Of a stretch of 64,000 bases of DNA, positions 28,828 to 38,681 are shown in pieces. Both the position numbers and the translations under genes were made by a program. The notes below the pieces were generated by a model that was given only the letters and a program-made list of their open reading frames with translations, did not search any database and was not told the DNA's origin. Positions within the stretch are counted from its first letter, which is position 1; every line of letters starts with the position of its first letter. The DNA comes from Candidatus Obscuribacterales bacterium. Lineage in GTDB: Bacteria > Cyanobacteriota > Vampirovibrionia > Obscuribacterales > Obscuribacteraceae. The stretch is taken from contig CBDDIJ010000005.1 of NCBI GenBank assembly GCA_965228855.1, positions 320,001 through 384,000 on the forward strand, written 5' to 3'.

Positions 28828-29592
28828 TTACTTTTGCCGCGTTTTTGAAGTTTCCAGAAAATCGAACTTCGGAAATGTTTCAATAGAAAGATGATTGTAG
28901 CGAATATTTTCAATTGTCCAGATGTCTGGCTCCAGAGCTTTTTCCAATTCATTTCGCATTTCCGGGGTAAAGGTACGAGGAGAAATGCTTCGAGCAAGAG
29001 TGGCGCCGATGGTCAACACACTCGAAAAAAACTCGTTGAATAGTGGAGTTCCAGCCAACTCGCAACGCCTAATAGTAAAATCTGATTTCGAAACCCAGAT
29101 CAAATTGGGTTTATAGATTTCACGCAGGACAAAACAGTCTTCGCCGTTCAAAAAAGCGTCTGTGAGCAAGCTGTGCTTTTGGGAAATCCAGTAAGCTTTT
29201 CCGCTCAGCAGTGGGCTAATCGTGAAATCGCTAAAACAGTGAGTGAAACCTCTCACACCACAGATAATGTCATTGTAATGCCGTACGCTTTCCAATCTCA
29301 AATGCGCTGACTTCGGAATCCAGGCCAGACTTTCTAGAGCCATAAGTTCGTTACTGTAAAGACTGCTAAGGAGTTGTCCTTTTTCGCCCTTAACTATAAA
29401 AACTAGCTTGTTTTTATCGCCAGCATGTGGTGACCACTCAAATCGCAGCTGCAGCGGAGACTTAAGGTAAACCGTTTTGAACCAGCCGCCTGACCGCAGC
29501 ATTCTATCTGACCGATAGGTTCCGCTGTCCTCGTACGAATCAATGGAGTCGTATGTTGTTTTGATTTGTTCCTTGAGACTTTCTGGGTCCAT
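28828..29592 (-). CDS. Hypothetical protein (start uncertain)
   Basis: Long ORF; no motif recognised. Confidence 0.55.
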   Translation of the reverse strand: MDPESLKEQIKTTYDSIDSYEDSGTYRSDRMLRSGGWFKTVYLKSPLQLRFEWSPHAGDKNKLVFIVKGEKGQLLSSLYSNELMALESLAWIPKSAHLRLESVRHYNDIICGVRGFTHCFSDFTISPLLSGKAYWISQKHSLLTDAFLNGEDCFVLREIYKPNLIWVSKSDFTIRRCELAGTPLFNEFFSSVLTIGATLARSISPRTFTPEMRNELEKALEPDIWTIENIRYNHLSIETFPKFDFLETSKTRQK

Positions 29593-29876
29593 GCTTTCGA
29601 ATCCACAGTAGTGATTCCATAATACATTGAAAAATCCTACAGCCACTAGAAAGGGATTATGTCGCAAGACTTATTCGCTCATCCAGCGAACTCAGGAAGA
29701 CGGATTGTTTTGGGAATGCCACTATAAATGGTGTTTAGAGTGTGAAGATAATTCCCAAAATTTCTAAGTTCAAACTCAGTCGTACGGGTGATTTTGCATC
29801 CAAACAATATGCCTAAGCAGAGACAGCAGAGGGTCTTTGTGGTTTATTAGAGTAAGCGATCACCAAGAATGAAGTT

Positions 29877-30569
29877 ATGGAAAACAACGACAACACCGAC
29901 GACAAAAAAGCTAGTGACAAAAGTCGAGAGAATAAAAACTTTGTCGACCTAGGACCCAGAACGCGCGTCTTACAAACTCTTTTGAGCGTCGCAATCTTCA
30001 TGCGGCTGTTCGATCTATTTTTCGGTCTTTTAGTTTTTGCCTTTCCTCAACTCGTCAACACTGATGTTTGCTCGCTCTTAGTTAGAATAATTACGTTTGG
30101 AACTCCGCTCGCCACGATACCCGCCGGGATAGCGCTCCTGATGTGGATGGGTCGAGCATTCACCAATCTACAAGCGATGAAAGTCAAAACTCTCGGGAGA
30201 AAGAGCATTCAATGTTATTGGGGCTGGATCATTCCATTGGCAAATATCGTGATACCTGTTTCTACAATGCAAGACATTTGGAAAGCGAGTGATCCGAGTG
30301 AGATGGACCAGAAACGATGGAGACTGCTGAAATCGTCTTTACTGATTTCGACGTGGTGGGCAACATACCTGCTAGCAGGAGCGCTGGGAGTCGCTCAGCG
30401 ATTACAAATGAATGCTGATCCCATGGTACAGTTCACCATAGGTATCGCACTGGACATAATGTTTAGCGCGGCGTTTCTGCAGCTAATATTTATAGTTCGA
30501 GATATTGGTACGCGTCAGCAGTCGAAGAAGGCACTTTTAGAAACACCAGATTCGGTATCATTAGCTTGA
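29877..30569 (+). CDS. DUF4328-like membrane protein
   Basis: Motif WGWIIPLANIVIP..MQDIW..S; four TM helices. Confidence 0.7.
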   Translation: MENNDNTDDKKASDKSRENKNFVDLGPRTRVLQTLLSVAIFMRLFDLFFGLLVFAFPQLVNTDVCSLLVRIITFGTPLATIPAGIALLMWMGRAFTNLQAMKVKTLGRKSIQCYWGWIIPLANIVIPVSTMQDIWKASDPSEMDQKRWRLLKSSLLISTWWATYLLAGALGVAQRLQMNADPMVQFTIGIALDIMFSAAFLQLIFIVRDIGTRQQSKKALLETPDSVSLA

Positions 30570-30645
30570 TCCAGTTTCGATTGCCCAGTCAATTTCAACT
30601 CAGGGATCGCTCTCAACAATTGAGGATGCTCGTATAGGAAGTTTT

Positions 30646-31467
30646 ATGCGAAGGCGACAGCGTCTTAACTACGAGAAATCACAGAAGTTCGCAGCAAACT
30701 GTGTACACGTCGCAATATTTATTCAGGTAACAATCCTCACCTACTTTCTCTATCAGGTCACTCTTGGCGGTCAGACGGACTGGGAGAATTTGTATGGCTG
30801 CTACCTTTGTGTCTTAATATCAGGCGGCCTTCTCATAGCGTATGTAGCCAAGCGCAACCTCGAAGATATGGACGGAGACAGACTGCGGTCGATGTTACAA
30901 GGAATTCGAATTTGGTTTCCCCTGATTTGCGGTTCGATTTTCGGATTTCTCCTGACATGGCCGCTCTTTTTCTCTCCTAATCCGATTGATCCGTGGAAAA
31001 TTTGCCTGCTATTTTCGATTCCATTTTCTTTCGGCGTTTTTTGCCAGTTAATAACCTTCGGTGCGACGGTACCGCCGCCATCAGCGACAGAAACGCGAAT
31101 GTGCATCTACCGCTGGCCCTGGCTTCAAAGGTTTTTTCTCGAAAAATCTTTGCATGCCGGACTGTCACTTCAGGACCGCCCTGCTCCCAAAACTCGGTTG
31201 ATAGCGGCCGAACTAACGCACCTTCCAACCTCAAAACTCTGGACGTTTAAAACCCAATTCGACGGACAACAACAGGTAATGCTAGATTTTTTCTGGGACA
31301 TTTACGGACAACGGTTTCACTGCGAACGCTTTGCGATCTCAAATATACCGGTGGGTATTGCTGGTGAGACTTTTGAGATTCTGATTTACGTGAATCAAGA
31401 GAGAGCTATCGAATGCGAAGTCGCTGAGCCACTAATAGTGACCAGAATATGTGTTCAGCCAAAGTAA
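30646..31467 (+). CDS. Membrane protein with a C-terminal Hsp70 substrate-binding-like beta domain
   Basis: Four TM helices, then LPTSKLWTFKTQFDGQ..FAISNIP..FEILIYVN, resembling the DnaK SBD-beta. Confidence 0.55.
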   Translation: MRRRQRLNYEKSQKFAANCVHVAIFIQVTILTYFLYQVTLGGQTDWENLYGCYLCVLISGGLLIAYVAKRNLEDMDGDRLRSMLQGIRIWFPLICGSIFGFLLTWPLFFSPNPIDPWKICLLFSIPFSFGVFCQLITFGATVPPPSATETRMCIYRWPWLQRFFLEKSLHAGLSLQDRPAPKTRLIAAELTHLPTSKLWTFKTQFDGQQQVMLDFFWDIYGQRFHCERFAISNIPVGIAGETFEILIYVNQERAIECEVAEPLIVTRICVQPK

Positions 31468-31698
31468 GCTTGAGTGGGGACAGAACAAAACGACATCAAC
31501 AGAATGCCCTAATTAATGTACTGACATCACACATGCATTGAACTTTTTGTATGAATTGATCGTTATACATATTAGGACGCTGCGTACTCTAGTTTTTCTC
31601 AAAGCGAATTCCAGAAGAACTGCTTTCGGAATCCTCGACCGAAATATTCAAACCCGCCCAAGCATTCAGTCTGGATGCTCATCTTCGGTGGTGCTTTT

Positions 31699-32670
31699 AT
31701 GATGGACCATGACCGACTATTTAAGGAATTGCTGACGACGTTCTTCACCGAGTTTATCGAGCTGTTCTTCCCGGAACTCTTTGATTGTTTAGACCCAACG
31801 TCAGTCGTCTTTCTGGACAAGGAAATCTTCACCGATGTCACCGCCGGCGATGCGCACGAGGCCGACCTGGTGGCACAGGTAAAGCTGCGAAGCGACGACT
31901 CATTTATTCTTGTACACACCGAAACCCAAGCGCACTCCCAAGCTTCTTTTGCAAGGAGAATGTTTTGCTACTTCGCTAGACTTCATGAACGACACAGCTT
32001 GCCGGTCTATCCGATTGTATTGTTCTCGTTTGACCGCCCCAAGAAAGAGCAGGCGTCGGGTTATGAATTAAGACTCCCGGGCCTTGACGTACTGCAGTTT
32101 CAGTTCAAAGTAATTCAGCTGAATCGATTGAACTGGCGTAGCTATATGAAACGCGACAGTCCAGTTGCTGCGGCTCTTATGGCGAAGATGAAAATTGCTC
32201 ACGACGAACGATTCAGGGTAAAATTGGAATGCCTGAGGATGATTGCCGATTTGAAGCTTGACAGAGCCAGATCTCGGCTAATTGCCGGTTTCGTAGACTC
32301 CTACCTGAAGCTGAATGAGAATGAGAAAACCCAGTTTCTGGCCGCTATGAAAAATCTGGAAGAACCTCACAAGGAGGGAATCATGGAAATTGTAACTAGC
32401 TGGATGGAAGAAGGCATTGAGAAGGGCATTGAGCAAGGAATAGAGAAAGGCATAGAAAAAGGCATTGAAAAAGGCATCGGACAAGGCCGGTACGAAGAAG
32501 CCTCTATTTTAATATCCAAGCAGCTGACTCGGAGATTTGGGCCGCTACCAGAGTCTATGGATACTCAATTGAAAAAACTCACTTTGCCACAGCTAGAGAG
32601 ACTCGCCGAAGATTTGCTCGACTTCGGTAGGCTAACGGACCTCGACAAATGGCTTGCAAACCAACAGTAA
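31699..32670 (+). CDS. Rpn/YhgA-like PD-(D/E)XK nuclease with a C-terminal DUF4351-like domain
   Basis: Motifs HDRLFKELL, ADLV..ILVHTETQ and RMFCYF; EKGI repeats; QLTRRFG..LERLAEDLLDF. Confidence 0.88.
   Translation: MMDHDRLFKELLTTFFTEFIELFFPELFDCLDPTSVVFLDKEIFTDVTAGDAHEADLVAQVKLRSDDSFILVHTETQAHSQASFARRMFCYFARLHERHSLPVYPIVLFSFDRPKKEQASGYELRLPGLDVLQFQFKVIQLNRLNWRSYMKRDSPVAAALMAKMKIAHDERFRVKLECLRMIADLKLDRARSRLIAGFVDSYLKLNENEKTQFLAAMKNLEEPHKEGIMEIVTSWMEEGIEKGIEQGIEKGIEKGIEKGIGQGRYEEASILISKQLTRRFGPLPESMDTQLKKLTLPQLERLAEDLLDFGRLTDLDKWLANQQ
32410..32478 (+). repeat. Degenerate 12-bp tandem repeat encoding (E-K/Q-G-I)n
   Basis: GAGAAGGGCATT-like units repeated about 5-6 times. Confidence 0.8.
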
Positions 32671-32817
32671 ATCTCAAGCTTCCAGTTCTCTTACTTCAAA
32701 CCTTTACGTTTTTGACGGCACCAATTATGATACCGAAGTCCATCAGAGCTGAACTTCAAAAGATGCACGCGTAAACGCAACGAGCGGCGGGACCATACTC
32801 GTTTGCAGAAAAACTTT

Positions 32818-33330
32818 TTACGCGTCTTCGCTCTGAATGTAGGCGATCACAGCATCTCCACGCTCCGCGGCCTCGCCGTAAAACTCGAGGAAGCCATCAA
32901 GATAGTCAACGAGTATGGTCAGGTCCTCATCAAATTCTTCGGGAACGAACGAATACAAATTCGCTTCGGTGAAGTCTTCTTTCGAATATTTGCTTTTCAG
33001 GTCTACTAAGTCGAGGTCGTTAAGCGCGGCGGCAATCAGTTTCACTTGATCAGGTTTGATAAATCGCGCGGGTCCATATCCAAAAGCATCAGGTCCCACC
33101 TCTTGTCCGCCGAGAACAACTTGGGAAAGGGGATTGTCCTCATCCACGTCCCAGGCGGTTCCAGTTAGTAAGAAGTGCAACTTTTGCCAAAACTCCTGCA
33201 ATTCGAAGAAACCACTGTTTTCATCGTCGTGCAGGTCGGACCAGATTATGTCGTGAATAGCGTCTGGGTTTGCGAGAAGACGTTTTAGCTTGCGCTGACT
33301 GATGCTTTCAAAATAAGCACACATCGCCAT
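32818..33330 (-). CDS. YfbM/DUF1877-family protein
   Basis: Motifs WQKLHFLLTG, GYGPARF and FYGEAAERG. Confidence 0.85.
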   Translation of the reverse strand: MAMCAYFESISQRKLKRLLANPDAIHDIIWSDLHDDENSGFFELQEFWQKLHFLLTGTAWDVDEDNPLSQVVLGGQEVGPDAFGYGPARFIKPDQVKLIAAALNDLDLVDLKSKYSKEDFTEANLYSFVPEEFDEDLTILVDYLDGFLEFYGEAAERGDAVIAYIQSEDA

Positions 33331-33500
33331 TTCGCGCTCACCTCTTAATCCGAGTGACACATCGAATCCCGGATGATTTTGACGATAATGTTTTGTCGGA
33401 GCCCATTCAATAGAAAGTTTCGCAAAGTTAAGACCTGTTCCTCTAAAGGAACAGGCCTGTGAAACTCTTGTGAGAACCGTTTCGACTGAAACAGCCTCGC

Positions 33501-33713
33501 TTAATATGCCAACTCTTTCAGATGCGGGACGATCTGGGTGCGACGTGATACTGCTCGACGAGCCGCATGCACACGGTGTTTACCCTTTTCATCAGCATAA
33601 TGTTCAGCATACATATTTGTGGTGCACTCTTCTTGCTCAAGTTGAGCAATAGCTTGCCTGAACCACATTCTGAGAGCGCGACGCTCATCTTCAGTGATCG
33701 TATCTTCAGTCAT
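33501..33713 (-). CDS. Hypothetical 70-aa protein
   Basis: AGGAG RBS before MTEDTITEDERRALRMWFRQ. Confidence 0.5.
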   Translation of the reverse strand: MTEDTITEDERRALRMWFRQAIAQLEQEECTTNMYAEHYADEKGKHRVHAARRAVSRRTQIVPHLKELAY

Positions 33714-34320
33714 CTTTCCCGCTCCTATGTGTCCGTGTAGCAGCCTGGGCTGTAACGCCATAACCAGAAGCACCGCTCGGCCGAATGCGTTGCCTAAATA
33801 CGCAACGAATACCAGCAACGCTTTTGAGCGATAGCTAGATCCCACTTTCGCACCGGACCAGCTGTGTGCCGCCGGTGGCGAGGCGCATTAGAAGCGCACC
33901 TCTCGTGAAACTCACATTACGATCATAAGTGCTTCTCAAGTGGGGGCAATGCTTGACATCACCGTTTTCCATTAGCTGTAACTTATTATTTTTCGAGGTC
34001 TATAAAAGCTGATTTCTACAGCCTTTCAGAAACCGAAATTTCGCTCGAAGTATTGCTAACTTTGTTAAGTTTCAGATTTTGCTCATAAAACTGCTCGATT
34101 TATGAATGACTGCTCACGAACAAACGACCGCTTAGCATCCCCAGCGCAGTCGAATCGATATACGAACGAGCACTCACAAGGCAGTCACCGCTCAACATCG
34201 TAATAATGAATTGACGGCGAATTATTCTAACGGAACCAGCAGCGTACAAATTAATTGGTAACGACGCTATGAGCATGCGTGGATTGTGACCCATAGCGCC
34301 GAGAGGCGGAAAAAAACTTT

Positions 34321-35250
34321 CTACAGATTGATCTCGAACACCTCGCTAAAAACCCATTTGGTCGTCTGCCGAGCCGAAGACTCAGGATTTTTCCGCAGAA
34401 AATCGTGAATCGCTATGCGTCGATATCTTTCATACATTGATGAAACCGCACGCAACTCATCCCACTCACGGAGCTGATCGCCGCTCGGCATCAGGAACTG
34501 CGTAGAGGAGATCATGTGAGGAGACGAGTTTCCAGAATCGGGGAAATCAAAAATTAGACAGTCCGTCGCTTCGCGCTCGGATATCTGTTCACCGCAATCA
34601 GTTGGAAATACGCCAATCGTTTTTTTGCTAAAAACCTTTGCTGGTTGTCCTGACTTCAACGCAAGTGACTGTTCTCGATGGTACCGAGAAACACCGCTCC
34701 AACTCTCACTTGCATAGACTTCAGCTAAAAACAGCAATTGCTCTAGCTCAAACAAGTAGGCTGTTGGCTCGAACACTCCGGGAAGAACATTCAATACGAC
34801 ACCATCAGCGGTGCAGATCATTGTCGCTATTTTACCCGAGTACGCCTGCTCAAGCGGCGCAGCATCTACCGGGCTGATGCACTCGTTTTTATCGTTCCAA
34901 CACACTGGAATCGACTGCCAGGTAACATCAAAGGAAGTATTTCGAACATTTTGCCATGCCGGTTCGAAATTATTCATTATGAACAAAGCGATTTCCGGAG
35001 CAGAGAACAGCATTTGACGAGCGTATTGTCCGGCAATCTCGCAATCACCGTTATTCAAATTTCCGCTTAACTGAAACACTAGAATCGGTTTACCGGAACG
35101 TGATGCTGCAAGGCAAGCAGATTGATAATCAGGATGCCACGGCACCAGATTCGGTGCCTCAGCATTTCCAGTTTCAACAGTTTGCAGCAGCGATTTCAAT
35201 TCTTCCTGTTCTTTCTTGGAAGAAATTTTCGCGATTAATTCTTGCAGCAT
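34321..35250 (-). CDS. Thioredoxin-fold protein, selenoprotein-N-like
   Basis: Motif WHPDYQSACLAASRSGKPILVFQLSGNLNNGDC..LFS..I..NFEPAW. Confidence 0.6.
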   Translation of the reverse strand: MLQELIAKISSKKEQEELKSLLQTVETGNAEAPNLVPWHPDYQSACLAASRSGKPILVFQLSGNLNNGDCEIAGQYARQMLFSAPEIALFIMNNFEPAWQNVRNTSFDVTWQSIPVCWNDKNECISPVDAAPLEQAYSGKIATMICTADGVVLNVLPGVFEPTAYLFELEQLLFLAEVYASESWSGVSRYHREQSLALKSGQPAKVFSKKTIGVFPTDCGEQISEREATDCLIFDFPDSGNSSPHMISSTQFLMPSGDQLREWDELRAVSSMYERYRRIAIHDFLRKNPESSARQTTKWVFSEVFEINL

Positions 35251-35675
35251 TTTTCTATACCCCTTCGCGAAGCGCGCGGATGCAGAGTTAAGCTCAAGCA
35301 GCTAGCCAAACTGCCGAGAGTAGCCGCTCAGGAGCGACGTTTACCTGATGACTCAGTTTGCGAAATTTTGATTGCGAACGTCCCTTTACCGCCAACTAGG
35401 CGACCAACAATCACTTCAATTGCGACCGATTCGACTCTCAATCGCCACGCGAATACGCAGCAAATGGCGCTGGAGTATGACTATGCGAGCCACCGGATGA
35501 GCCTCCCCCCTGTGCTTTTCCGCGCTCGATAAATAGTAGACCGAGATTAAACGGATGCCCGTTTATGAGTTGAGATAATTCCACTCTATCAAACGACCTG
35601 AAAAACTGCCAAGTGCATTTGTAACGAGCAACGTAATATCTCGATTCAAATTCGACAGCTCCATGCGGATAGCTC

Positions 35676-36641
35676 TCACGACCTGACCTTATCAGGAAAC
35701 AGCCAGTTCATTCCAATAAACAAACCGGGAATAGCCAGCAGCGGAAACCAGGCTTGAAAAACAAGTGGCAAGCCAGTAAGTGTAACGAGCCAGCCGGCGC
35801 AGATAGGATGGCGCAGGAGAAATACGGCTCGGGTTGGTGGCACATGCGGTGCATGATAGGTTTCAGAATCATCGATCAATGAAACCGGAAATTCTCCCCC
35901 ATGCGGAAACGATTTTAGATGCGCGCCTCTTACTTTGCTTTCGTCGGACACAACTGACACCAGACGGACGTTAGCTTTCGAGTCCACACGAGCAAACAGG
36001 CCTCTAATAATCATGTAGAGTCCAATGACCGCTGTGCCGACGCCAACAGTTCTAATCACTTCAGCTGAGACCGGATCTGAAACGATGTTGCCTAATCCGA
36101 GCTTCTGACACAGCACGGCACACATAACAAATAAAACTAGATATAGAAAGATTAGCAATACGTTTGTACGTCCTTTGCTTTTGGCCGTCCAGAAACCCCT
36201 CTTTGCCTTGCGCGGGCCACCGGATAAACATTCCTCGAATACCGGTTCTGTCAAAAGAGGCAACTCATCGTCGCTGGGCGATACTAGTTCACCGTTTTCA
36301 ACGAGACTAGTTTCAGCACGGGCAGAACTCGTTTCAGAGGAAACGGAACTTGTATCGATGCGAGCCGACTTTGTTTCAACAACATCTGACCGGAGGAAGG
36401 CAGCATACTCTTGTGACTCAGCCACAATCCGCCCGAATTCTCGATATGCCAGGCGAGCACCGCCCACGGTTCCAGTTAGTAAACAGGAGGAGTAAAGAAC
36501 AAGCTCCTGCCAATCGACTACAACCAGATTCAACTCTTTCCTGACGCCCCAAACAGGCACCAGCACGAGAATACCGACCGCCAACAGTCCGGCGATCGCT
36601 CCCAGAAAAACCGCACCTAACTTCGATATTGAAGCAGGCAT
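35676..36641 (-). CDS. Hypothetical membrane protein with a possible ICMT/Ste14-like C-terminus
   Basis: Multiple TM helices; LRHP motif near the C-terminus. Confidence 0.55.
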   Translation of the reverse strand: MPASISKLGAVFLGAIAGLLAVGILVLVPVWGVRKELNLVVVDWQELVLYSSCLLTGTVGGARLAYREFGRIVAESQEYAAFLRSDVVETKSARIDTSSVSSETSSARAETSLVENGELVSPSDDELPLLTEPVFEECLSGGPRKAKRGFWTAKSKGRTNVLLIFLYLVLFVMCAVLCQKLGLGNIVSDPVSAEVIRTVGVGTAVIGLYMIIRGLFARVDSKANVRLVSVVSDESKVRGAHLKSFPHGGEFPVSLIDDSETYHAPHVPPTRAVFLLRHPICAGWLVTLTGLPLVFQAWFPLLAIPGLFIGMNWLFPDKVRS

Positions 36642-36662
36642 CTCACCAAACTCCGGTCATAC

Positions 36663-37292
36663 TCAAGATAGCGCAGACGCGCCCAATACCTTCAAGCTAT
36701 ACCTTACCAGGCTTTCCACATCTTCGCTCACATTCTCCTCGAGCTGAGCTTTGCGAAGTGCCATGGCGATTTCCGTGACCGTGTAACCGAGCCCGGTGAG
36801 AATGGCGCGCACTTCTTCTTGAACCTCTCCTTTAACCTTGACCGGTTCAAGCGGAGCGCCCATTTTGGAGCTGAAGTCCTCAATCTTAGCGTGCAATTCC
36901 AAGGCGATTCTTTGAGCCACTTTCGGTCCGACGCCTGGAGTCTGGCTGATTGTTTTCGTATCCTCAGCCAGAATTGCATCTACTAAAAGTTTCGGCCCAA
37001 GAGTTCCGACAATGGCAAGGGCCAGTTTAGGTCCGACGCCGCTAACTGTTTGCAGAATTAAAAACAGTTGGCGCTCATCGACCGACTCGAAGCCGAAAAG
37101 CGTGATCTCTGTTTCTCTCACGGCCATATATGTATGGATTGTCGCTTCATCGCCCGGTTTGCCAATGTTCAACAAACTGCGCGTCGCCATCCACAACTCG
37201 AAGCCTACTCCCGAAACCTCGATGACCAGCCGATTGACTGTGCCGCCGGTCAGTTCTTTGGAATGAATGATGCCTTTGAGAAACGCAAACAT
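36663..37292 (-). CDS. ruvA: Holliday junction DNA-binding protein RuvA
   Basis: Motifs EVSGVGFE, LFGF, VSGVGPKLALAI and PGVGPKVAQRIALEL. Confidence 0.96.
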   Translation of the reverse strand: MFAFLKGIIHSKELTGGTVNRLVIEVSGVGFELWMATRSLLNIGKPGDEATIHTYMAVRETEITLFGFESVDERQLFLILQTVSGVGPKLALAIVGTLGPKLLVDAILAEDTKTISQTPGVGPKVAQRIALELHAKIEDFSSKMGAPLEPVKVKGEVQEEVRAILTGLGYTVTEIAMALRKAQLEENVSEDVESLVRYSLKVLGASALS

Positions 37293-37413
37293 ACAAAATG
37301 CCCACCAAGATATATCCGTTCAAAACTCGCAAAACCAGCGAGCGCTAGAACTAAGAATAGAGCCTCAAGCCCGTCTTTGGCAGAGAACTTCGTTTATCTA
37401 AGTTAGGAAAAAA

Positions 37414-37487
37414 TCGGGGCGAGAGGATTCGAACCTCCGGCCTTCCGCACCCGAAACGGACACGCTACCAAGCTGCGCTACGCCCCG
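37414..37487 (-). tRNA. tRNA-Pro(CGG), CCA not encoded
   Basis: CGGGGCG acceptor stem, D-loop TGGTA, anticodon arm TCCGT-TTCGGGT-GCGGA, T-loop GTTCGAATC. Confidence 0.96.
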
Positions 37488-37664
37488 ACGACGTATCTCC
37501 CTTGACTTCAAGGGTGGCACTAGAGTGTATTGTCACACAGCTCGCTCTTTCGTGCCACTGCTCAAAGCTTGGAATTCACATAGATTTGCGTCCGAAGATT
37601 CCGAAGGAAAATCAGGTCCGAAGCCGATGCCAAGAGAGAGCAATTTGTTCAGCTTTCAAGCCGT

Positions 37665-38618
37665 CTATTCAGCCATCAGGCTGCGGTTGCCGCCGTCTTT
37701 GTGGGCGTGCTCGACCGCGGCGCGGGCATGGCTGAGGAGCACTTTGCCATCGTCGTCCATGTGGGGAGCGAACTGGCAGATTCCGACGCCAACCGTAATG
37801 TTTAGAGTGTCCTTATCGGCCAGGAAATTGTTGTCCTGAATGCAGGTGCGCAGGCGTTCAGCAACTTCGATAGCGCCGTCGCGCGGCGTGACCGTCAAAC
37901 CTACGATGAATTCGAATGGACCGGATCGGACTATGATGTCCGAATCGCGCATCTGTTTACCGATAACAGTGCCAATCTGCGCTACTACGCCATCGGCGAC
38001 CTTTTGACCATAGTGCTTCAGAAGGTCTTTATGATTGTCGACTTCGAGGACGACGACACTGAGCGGCACGCCATAACGGCGCGCTTGCTTGATTCCAAGC
38101 TTGAGGAATTCGTTTAAATAACGAATGCTCTTGAGGTCCGTTAGGTTGTCGGTAAGAGAGAGTTCTTTAATCTGAGCTTCTTTCTTCCGAAGCTCGTCGC
38201 GCAAGGCTTTCTCACGAAGAATGCTCTTGACGCGGGTCAAGAGTTCAGTCGGCTGGACCGGCTTGAAAATGATGTCTTCATTCTCCGGTTCGTCGCCCAC
38301 GATGTCGGGCACAGGCTCATCTTTGGACCCGAGAAAGATAATTGGAATGTGGCTGGTTTTCTCTTCCTTTTTCAGACGTTGATAAACAGCCATGCCGCCC
38401 ATGAGCGGCATATTGAGGTCCAGAATGATTACGTCCGGAGTTCTGACTTTGCAAGCAGCAATAGCCTTGAAGCCGTCGTTAGCGGAATCACACACATATC
38501 CCGCGTCTTTGAGCACCTCGGAAAGCAGCAAGGTGATTGCGTGTTCGTCGTCAACTACAAGAATTTTTTGGCCGGTTTTCACTTTTCGATTTCGTCTTTC
38601 TGGATCGCCTGGTCTCAT
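37665..38618 (-). CDS. Response regulator receiver plus degenerate GGDEF domain
   Basis: REC motifs ILVVDDE and LDLNMP; TDNLT; RSGPFEF in place of GGDEF. Confidence 0.85.
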   Translation of the reverse strand: MRPGDPERRNRKVKTGQKILVVDDEHAITLLLSEVLKDAGYVCDSANDGFKAIAACKVRTPDVIILDLNMPLMGGMAVYQRLKKEEKTSHIPIIFLGSKDEPVPDIVGDEPENEDIIFKPVQPTELLTRVKSILREKALRDELRKKEAQIKELSLTDNLTDLKSIRYLNEFLKLGIKQARRYGVPLSVVVLEVDNHKDLLKHYGQKVADGVVAQIGTVIGKQMRDSDIIVRSGPFEFIVGLTVTPRDGAIEVAERLRTCIQDNNFLADKDTLNITVGVGICQFAPHMDDDGKVLLSHARAAVEHAHKDGGNRSLMAE

Positions 38619-38681
38619 GGAAACTTGTGAGACAAAGCAAAGCAGTGCTCCTGATTGTGATAATAGCGGGTTGGCGACAAT

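Noticed and set aside
32410..32478. Short repeats as a CRISPR array
   Set aside because: They are 12-bp in-frame coding repeats with no spacers, and there are no cas genes in the window.
31699..32670. Rpn gene as an IS transposase
   Set aside because: No terminal inverted repeats or target duplication were seen; the family is not shown to transpose.
35242..35532. 96-aa ORF in the intergenic gap
   Set aside because: It overlaps the start of the divergent gene and has no RBS or recognisable features.
25600..37487. Genomic island integrated at tRNA-Pro
   Set aside because: No integrase and no duplicated tRNA 3' end were seen, and ruvA directly flanks the tRNA.
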